Shown here piece by piece: positions 23,455-30,452 of a DNA stretch of 30,452 nt (position 1 is its first letter; the number at the start of each line of letters is the position of its first letter). The translations under genes and the position numbers were made by a program. The stretch is from the NCBI GenBank assembly GCA_002269645.1, contig NIVC01002370.1, positions 1 to 30,452 on the forward strand, read 5' to 3'. The notes under the pieces were generated by a model. The model was not told the DNA's origin and did not search any database. It was given only the letters and a program-made list of their open reading frames with translations. This DNA is from Macrostomum lignano. Taxonomy: Eukaryota.

Positions 23455-26400
23455 GAGAGGAGAGAGGGAAGGGAGAGAGGGAGAGGGAGAGGGAGAGGAA
23501 GAGAGAGAGAGGAGAGAAAGAGAAGAGAGGGGAGAGGGAGGAGAGAGGGGAAAGGGAGAGAAGGGGGAGGGAGAGGAGAGAGAAGGGGGGAGAAGAGAGA
23601 GAAGGGGGAGGGAGAGGAGAGAGAAGGGGGAGAGGAGAGAGAAGGGAGAGGGAGAGGAGAGAGAAGGAAGAGGGAGAGGAGAGAGAAGGGAGAGGGAGAG
23701 GAGAGAGAAGGGAGAGGGAGAGGAGAGAGAAGGGGAGGAGAGGAGAGAGAAGGGAGAGGGAGAGGAGAGAGAAGGGAGAGGGAGAGGAGAGAGAAGGGAG
23801 AGGGAGAGGAGAGAGAAGGGAGAGGGAGAGGAGAGAGAAGGAAGAGGGAGAGGAGAGAGAAGGGAGAGGGAGAGGAGAGAGAAGGGGGAGGGAGAGGAGA
23901 GAGAAGGGGGAGAGGAGAGAGAAGGGGGAGGGAGAGGAGAGAGAAGGGAGGGAGAGGAGAGAGAAGGGGGAGAGGAGAGGAGAGAGAAGGGAGGGAGAGG
24001 AGAGAGAAGGAGGGAGAGGAGAGAGAAGGGGGAGGGAGAGGAGAGAGAAGGGGAGAGGAGAGGAGAGAGAAGGGAGAGGGAGAGGAGAGAGAAGGGGGGA
24101 GAGGAGAGAGAAGGGGGAGAGGGAGAGGAGAGAGAAGGAGGGAGAGGAGAGAGAAGGGGGGAGAGAGAGAGAGAAGGGGAGGGAGAGGAGAGAGAAGGAG
24201 AGGAGAGGAGAGAGAAGGGGGAGAGGAGAGAGAGAAGGGGAGAGAGGAGAGAAGGGGGAGGGAGAGGAGAGAGAAGGGGGAGAGGAGAGAGAAGGGGAGG
24301 GAGATGAGAGAGAAGGGGGAGGGAGAGGAGAGAGAAGGGGAGGAGAGGAGAGAGAAGGGAGAGGGAGAGGAGAGAGAAGGGGAGGGAGAGGAGAGAGAAG
24401 GGGAGGGAGAGGAGAGAGAAGGGTGAGGGAGAGGAGAGAGAAGGGGAGGGAGAGGAGAGAGAAGGGGAGGGAGAGGAGAGAGAAGGGGAGGGAGAGGAGA
24501 GAGAAGGGGGAGGGAGATGAGAGAGAAGGGAGAGGGAGATGAGAGAGAAGGGGGAGGGAGAGGAGAGAGAAGGGAGAGGGAGAGGAGAGAGAAGGGAGAG
24601 GGAGAGGAGAGAGAAGGGAGAGGGAGAGGAGAGAGAGAGGGGAGAGGGAGAGGAGAGAGAAGGGAGAGGGAGAGGAGAGAGAAGGGGGAGGGAGAGGAGA
24701 GAGACATTAGATTGCAGACAGTAAAATCAGTGAGAAGCAGGCAAATAGAATAAGGTAAAAAACCTTATACGGCGACAGATTCTGCAGTATCTTGCAGCCG
24801 CCGAACAGCGGATCGTTGACGTTGGCCAACTCAATATCCAGAGCGTCAATCAGAGGGTCCAGTCTGATGTAGTGAATGCCACGGAACAGCACGCTGTCTC
24901 GGCAGATCAGCGAGCCTAGAAACAGAATCAGCTCCTGAAGCAGCACAGCCTTGCCAGACGGTCCCGGTGGATAGTGAGCGTAGAGAATCTGGCAGAGCTC
25001 CTTGGGTGTCAGCGGCCTGTCAATCACAATGTCCGACCCGATGATGATCCGCTTGCCAGCCACGATAACATTGGACAGGGAGGGCGCGAGGCTGTCCACC
25101 TCTTTGCGTAGGATGGCCGAGGCATAGCGAACGATGGCCCAGCGCTGTTGAACCCCGGCAGTCCGGCTCATCTCCTCAAGGCGCTGAGCCACCGTCTCAT
25201 TGGCGCCTGGCATTGAGGTGTTATGGTGGGGATTCTATGAGTCTAGCCTTGAGGGTTTGAAAAGTTTGAGAGGACTGATCAGGGATTTAAAAAAATAGCT
25301 GGAGCATACTGGGGAATTAACTTTGAGGATCTGAAGGGGAATTAAGTTTGAGGATCTGAGGGGAATTAACTTTGAGGATCTGAAGGGGAATTAAGTTTGA
25401 TGATCTGAGGGGAATTAAGTTTGAGGATCTGAGGGGAATTAAGTTTGAGGATCCGAGGGGAATTAAGTTTGAGGATCTGAGGGAATTAAGTTTGAGGATC
25501 TGAGGGGATTAAGTTTGAGGATCTGAGGGAATTAAGTTTGAGGATCTGAGGGAATTAAGTTTGAGGATCTGAAGGGGAATTAAGTTTGAGGATCTGAGGG
25601 GAATTAAGTTTGAGGATCTGAGGGGAATTAAGTTTGAGGATCTGAGGGGAATTAAGTTTGAGGATCTGAGGGGATTAAGTTTGAGGATCTGAGGGGAATT
25701 AAGTTTGAGGATCTGAGGGAATTAAGTTTGAGGATCTGAGGGGAATTAAGTTTTAGGATCTGAGGGGAATTAGGTTTGAAGATCTGGAGGGAAATTAAGT
25801 TTGAGGATCTGGAGGGAATTTAAGATCAAAGATTTGGGAAATTAAGTTTCAGGGTTTTCGAGAATAAATTAGAGGATTTCAGGGGCATGTCAGTGATGAG
25901 GAATCTAATTTTGGAAATTGTTATCAAGGATTGTAAAGATTGTATTGCATCATGGTCAAATTTAAACAACGCACCAGGCAGAACATAATCAGCGCCGTGC
26001 CTGTCAACCAGCATGTGCAGCAGTTGAGTCTTTGGCCCCATATTAAGCGACGCTGTGTCGATAAGCTGGCAAAGCTGCTCAGAATTGCTGGACTCAACCC
26101 GTCTTGTATCAATCCATTCTTCCTGCTCAATGGCCACCGCGGCGTGACCTTGAATGTTCATCAGGGAGCGGAACGATTTCTCAACGCTGAGCTCCTCAAC
26201 GCTGGGCAGGTCGCGAAATGCGTGATTATGATCCTGCAGGTAGTCCAGGTGGTCCACGCAGGCGCTAGCGAGAAGATTCTGCGCTCGGCCGAGCAGGACT
26301 CGAACGTCGTTGACCCAGCCGCTACGCATGCTGGTGAGAAAGGCGATGAGCTGCTTGGCTCCCGCTGCCCGGATCATGTCTTCTCGAAGCAGAAAGCAGA

Positions 26401-28945
26401 AAGTTGGACGGCCTTTCAGGCGCCACCAAGTGGAGAGGAACAACAGATTGGTCCGCACCTGTGGGAATTACGGTCAGTTGTGCTTAGAATTCTGGCATTT
26501 CACTAGTGTTTGAATCTGAGCACTTCCTGCAAGTATTCCAGATTTGAGTATGAGCACTTCCTATAGTGCTCAGAGCACTCAGAGTGCTTAAAGGGTCTGA
26601 GCACTCCTTATATTCTATATTTGATTCTGAGCACTCCTTGCATTTTATATTTGATTCTGAGCACTCCTTGCATTCTAGATTTGAATCTGAGCACTCCTTG
26701 TATTCTAGATTTGATTCTGAGCACTCCTTAGACTCTAGAGTAAAGTCTGAGAACACTATTAATAGTTCTGAGTCAAAGCGCACACCTCATCGATGACCAT
26801 GTCCATATCGTGCAGCAGGTAGAAGTCGCGCATCTCGAACAGCAGCGGTAGCACAGCACGGTGCGGCCCGGGACCCTGTAGAACTTGGCCGTGCCCAGCT
26901 GCCCAATCGGACGGAGCGGCCGGCCGGACAGGCTAAGGCGGTCGCATCTGCCCAGGCATTCCTGAACGCGAATCAGATTCTTTGACGGCCACAGGGTGAT
27001 GGGCTCCACCTGCGGTTCAAGGCAGACACTGTAGGTATAACAGACTGAAAGATTAAATCACAGACAGACAGACAGGCAGACAGACAGACAGGCAGACAGA
27101 CAGAGGCAGACAGGCAGACAGACAGACAGGCAGACAGACAGACAGACAGACAGACAGGCAGACAGACAGACAGACAGACAGACAGAGACAGGCAGACAGA
27201 CAGACAGACAGGCAGGCAGACAGGCACAGACAGACAGACAGACAGACAGGCAGACAGGCAGACAGACAGACAGACAGGCAGGCAGACAGACAGACACAGA
27301 CAGAATAAACATCTCACCTGAGTAGGAGTCTGGCTCTGCACACCAAAGGTAGCCAGCATCTGCTGCAGCCGCACAGACTCGGAAATGAGCACCACCTGCA
27401 CCACCAGATCCTGCAGCTTGTTAATAAACGGCACGCGCCTTGACAGATCCAACGGCCGCTCGTGAAACGGCTTATGGCGGCGAAGTAGATCCAAATCGTG
27501 CGCCATGAGGTAGCCGGACTCCATCAGGTCGGCGATGAGCATGACGGCTTCGCCCCACAGGAAGATGGGATCGCCAAGTTGAAAGTTGGGCCGGCGCGTC
27601 TGACTGCCCGGGTTGCTGTACTCGTCCTGCAGGTAGTCGCGAGGCACAAAGTAGAACTTCGGCATCCAACGGCGTGGCTGCTGCTGCTGCTGACGCGAAC
27701 TCGGATCCCAGGGGGGCGGGCTGGATGGAGCAGGGAGTTCGATCGACTTCAAATAGGGATTAAGATTTCGAATGGGGATTTGGGGCTGCATTTGTGGTTG
27801 CATCAATCTGCATCAAGGATTGGGATTAAGCTACGGAATGAGGATTAAGCTACGGGATGGGGATTAAGCTACGGAATGAGGATTAAGCTACGGGATGGGG
27901 ATTAAGCTAAGGTGATGGGAATTAAGCTACGGGATGGAGATTAAGCTACGGGATGGGGATTAAGCTAAGGTGATGGGAATTAAGCTACGGGATGGAGATT
28001 AAGCTACGGGATGGGGAATAAGCTACTGGATGCGGATTAAGCTACGGGATGGGGATTAAGCTACGGGATGGAGATTAAGCTACGGATGGGGAATAAGCTA
28101 CTGGATGCGGATTAAGCTACGGGATGCGGATTAAGCTACGGGATGGGGATTAAGCTACTGGATGCGGATTAAGCTACGGGATAAGGATTAAGCTACGGAT
28201 GGGGATTAAGATACGGGATGGGATTAAGATACGGGATGGGGATTAAGCTACTGGATGCGGATTAAGCTACGGGATGGGTATTAAGCTACGGGATGGGGAC
28301 TCAAAACAACTCACACGGCGCCATCGGAATCCAGTTCCACCAGCAGCGAGTCCAGCTTCCGTTTGTACACCGTGGCAGTCTTCGTATCGCCCTGCAGACA
28401 GTGCTCAATGACCAGGAAAGCATAGAATATCGGCCATTGACATTCCACATGCTCGAATGTCTTCAGCTCGCCGTGGGAGTACTGAACCCGCCGGTGCGGC
28501 CCAGTGCCGCTGGTCTCCATAGCGCAGCCGTAGCCGTCTCTGGAGAACCGTTTGAAGCCGTAGTCGCCACGGAACCGGTCGAACACGTTCTGCAGAGCGG
28601 ATTTCCTCACAGACTCGTGCGTAGCGTGACCCGGCCAGCACAGGGTGGGTATTAGCGAACTATCGCAGCCTTTGGTGGCGCTCTCCCTAGGCAGCAGATT
28701 AGTGAGAATAATCCGATTCCTAGAATGGGCATCGATGTCAACGTGGATCACGGTGGTGTGATCGCCAGACTGGCCGAACACGTTGAAACTGTTGGCCGCT
28801 TCCAGGGCGCCTTGGCGAAGCCAACGGAGCTGGCGTGCAGCTCCACGCTGCCAGTGTTCTGCTTGGTGCCGCGCTCCCACATGCCGAAGTCCGGGATGCG
28901 GTAGGCCCGCTCTAGGTAGAATATCAGGTTCTGGAATACGTTTAC
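22190..28945 (-). CDS. PHKB: Phosphorylase b kinase regulatory subunit beta, 5'-partial, six exons: 28945-28315, ~27720-27318, 27009-26786, 26458-25975, 25206-24764, 22768-22190 (~920 codons; two apparent 1-nt deletions)
   Basis: The spliced translation carries recalled PHKB-type motifs in collinear order: [32 protein letters not shown]-like [45 protein letters not shown] and a terminal CaaX. DAHxRNR and QTPxQVEP favour beta over alpha. All introns are GT-AG with compatible phases; only one acceptor is ambiguous. Confidence 0.93.
22998..24704. repeat. ~1.7-kb GA-rich polypurine tract in the last PHKB intron, with (GA)n at 23383-23450 and a ~22-bp GGGAGAGGAGAGAGAAGGGAGA-type unit distally
   Basis: Almost exclusively A/G on the plus strand; I saw no pyrimidine between ~23250 and ~24300. 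Confidence 0.97.
24764..25206 (-). CDS. PHKB: PHKB internal exon ([10 protein letters not shown]...LQNLSPYK)
   Basis: Acceptor GCCAG|GC (phase 1, matching the previous donor). Donor AAG|GTTTTT is inferred from the phase 0 join to VKSL, giving LSPYKVKSL, which resembles the recalled LSPSEVKQL. Confidence 0.88.
25311..25850. repeat. 24-bp intronic minisatellite GGGGAATTAAGTTTGAGGATCTGA, ~22 copies
   Basis: Period measured directly (AATTAAG at 25578 and 25602); it fades into degenerate copies on both sides. Confidence 0.96.
25975..26458 (-). CDS. PHKB: PHKB internal exon ([20 protein letters not shown]...ADYVLP)
   Basis: Acceptor TTCCCACAG|GTG and donor CCT G|GTGCGT. 484 nt, phase 0 to phase 1. 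Confidence 0.9.
26505..26760. repeat. 30-bp intronic minisatellite (TAGATTTGATTCTGAGCACTCCTTG(C/T)ATTC), ~5-6 regular copies plus degenerate ones
   Basis: TCTGAGCACT recurs at ~30-bp spacing between ~26595 and ~26725. Confidence 0.88.
26786..27009 (-). CDS. PHKB: PHKB internal exon (VEPITLWP...CY[P][20 protein letters not shown]) with an apparent 1-nt deletion at 26847-26848
   Basis: Acceptor AACCGCAG|GTG and donor GAG|GTGTGC. The exon is 224 nt; adding one C to TACCG restores the frame, the length (75 codons) and a match to the recalled CYPIIFDLSDFY. Confidence 0.88.
27060..27303. repeat. Intronic (CAGA)n/(CAGG)n microsatellite, read as (TCTG)n on the PHKB sense strand
   Basis: Direct reading; it fills most of the 27317-27010 intron. 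Confidence 0.97.
27318..27720 (-). CDS. PHKB: PHKB internal exon (...WMPKFYFVP...LFLWG-like IFLWGEA...QTPTQ); 5' boundary uncertain
   Basis: The donor CAG|GTGAGA at 27317 is clear. The phase-2-compatible acceptor CTCCATCCAG|C at 27721/27720 is preferred; an alternative lies near 27807. Confidence 0.8.
27822..28298. repeat. 19-bp intronic minisatellite GGGGATTAAGCTACGGGAT, ~25 copies
   Basis: Period measured directly (TTAAGC at 28037 and 28056). Confidence 0.96.
28315..28945 (-). CDS. PHKB: PHKB exon in the glucoamylase-like N-terminal domain ([26 protein letters not shown]...DSDGA) with an apparent 1-nt deletion at ~28809
   Basis: Acceptor ATTGGCAG|GTA at 28946/28945 and donor GT|GTGAGT at 28314. 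The first frame reads ...HASSVGFAK and the shifted frame reads [12 protein letters not shown]. One missing base in AAG GC- GCC CTG restores the conserved AKAALEA. Confidence 0.9.
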
Positions 28946-29001
28946 CTGCCAATGGGGATTGGTTTGGAATTAGGGAAGCTAGGTTTATTGAGCAAGCGCG
29001 G

Positions 29002-30452
29002 CTTTAACGCTCAAGAATCGGACACTTTGACCTTCAAGAATCGGACACTTTGATACTCAGGAATCGGACACTTTTACAGTCAAGAATCGGACACTTTGAC
29101 ACTAAAGAATCGGACACTTTGATACTCAAGAATCGGACACTTTGACAGTCAAGAATCGGACACTTTGATACTCAAGAATCGGACACTTTGACGGTCAAGA
29201 ATCGGACACTTTGACAGTCAAGAATCGGACACTTTGATACCAAGAATCGGACACTTTGACAGTCAAGAATCGGACACTTTGACAGTCAAGAATCGGACAC
29301 TTTGATACTCAAGAATCGGACACTTTGATACTCAAGAATCGGACACTTTGACAGTCAAGAATCGGACACTTTGATACTCAAGAATTGGACACTTTGATAC
29401 TCAAGAATCGGACACTTTGACAGTCAAGAATCGGACACTTTGATACTCAAGAATCGGACACTTTGATACTCAAGAATCGGACACTTTGATACTCAAGAAT
29501 TGGACACTTTGATACTCAAGAATCGGACACTTTGACAGTCAAGAATCGGACACTTTGATACTCAAGAATCGGACACTTTGATACTCAAGAATCGGACACT
29601 TTGACAGTCAAGAATCGGACACTTTGATACTCAAGAATCGGACACTTTGACAGTCAAGAATCGGACACTTTGACAGTCAAGAATCGGACACTTTGATACT
29701 CAAGAATCGGACACTTTGATACTCAAGAATCGGACACTTTGATACTCAAGAATCGGACACTTTGATACTCAAGAATCGGACACTTTGACAGTCAAGAATC
29801 GGACACTTTGATACTCAAGAATCGGACACTTTGATACTCAAGAATCGGACACTTTGACAGTCAAGAATCGGACACTTTGATACTCAAGAATCGGACACTT
29901 TGATACTCAAAAATCGGACACTTTGATACTCAAGAATCGGACACTTTGACAGTCAAGAATCGGACACTTTGACAGTCAAGAATCGGACACTTTGATACTC
30001 AAGAATCGGACACTTTGATACTCAAGAATCGGACACTTTGATACTCAAGAATCGGACACTTTGACAGTCAAGAATCGGACACTTTGACAGTCAAGAATCG
30101 GACACTTTGACACTAAAGAATCGGACACTTTGATACTCAAGAATCGGACACTTTGATACTCAAGAATCGGACACTTTGACACTAAAAAATCGGACACTTT
30201 GACACTAAAGAATCGGACACTTTGACAGTCAAGAATCGGACACTTTGACACCAAGAATCGACACTTTGACACTAAAGAATCGGACACTTTGATACTCAAG
30301 AATCGGACACTTTGATACTCAAGAATCGGACACTTTGACAGTCAAGAATCGGACACTTTGACACCCAAGAATCGGACACTTTGACACTAAAGAATCGGAC
30401 ACTTTGATACTCAAGAATCGACACTTTGATACTCAGAATCGACACTTTGATA
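29002..30452. repeat. 23-bp minisatellite CAAGAATCGGACACTTTGA(TACT/CAGT), ~63 copies, in the PHKB intron upstream of 28945; truncated by the window end
   Basis: Direct reading, with three interspersed unit variants (GATACTC, GACAGTC, GACACTA). Confidence 0.98.

Noticed and set aside
22968-24753. 579-aa Ser/Leu/Pro-rich and 406-aa Glu/Arg/Gly-rich ORFs
   Set aside because: Stop-free only because the tract is pure purine or pyrimidine; it lies inside a phase-consistent PHKB intron.
26484-26783. Cys-rich (ECKECSESN)n ORF resembling a metal-binding repeat
   Set aside because: Translation of the 30-bp intronic minisatellite, between a valid donor (26785) and acceptor (26459).
26847-28810. Programmed ribosomal frameshifting as the explanation for the frame breaks
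   Set aside because: No slippery heptamer or downstream structure is evident, and the same 1-nt losses occur throughout non-coding repeats.
22190-28945. Assignment as PHKA (alpha subunit)
   Set aside because: [18 protein letters not shown] and the C-terminal RGTSSFIAK...CKLS match recalled beta-subunit sequence; no long alpha-specific insert is apparent.
25940-29007. Plus-strand ORFs (188, 116, 120, 74 aa and others)
   Set aside because: Antisense shadows of GC-rich PHKB exons.

Overview
This is eukaryotic (metazoan-type) genomic DNA. It contains two intron-containing genes, both on the minus strand, separated by a ~19-kb satellite of ~900 copies of a 21-bp unit. (1) The 3' ~920 codons of phosphorylase kinase regulatory subunit beta (PHKB) are spread over six exons (28945 down to the stop at 22190) and end in a CaaX motif (CKLS). 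The 5' exons lie beyond the right edge. (2) A 5' coding exon of a diflavin reductase, most like NDOR1/Tah18, lies at ~601-1027. The ORF track misses it because it is broken by single-base gaps. Every intron in the window is largely filled by a different tandem repeat (units 4, 19, 22-24 and 30 bp). Both genes carry apparent 1-nt deletions, which look more like long-read consensus errors than pseudogenisation, but this cannot be settled from the window. A ~440-bp segment bounded by ~31-bp inverted repeats lies between the satellite and PHKB. GC-rich exons with minisatellite-filled introns are reminiscent of the flatworm Macrostomum (inference only). Nearly all ORF-track entries between 1100 and 24700, other than the real PHKB last exon, are repeat artefacts. 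No new biological system is demonstrated. The best leads are the satellite-filled intron/outron (possibly a trans-spliced PHKB-NDOR1 unit), the one-repeat-per-intron architecture, and splice-signal-like repeat units. All alignments and counts were done by eye, and homologue motifs are recalled, not searched.
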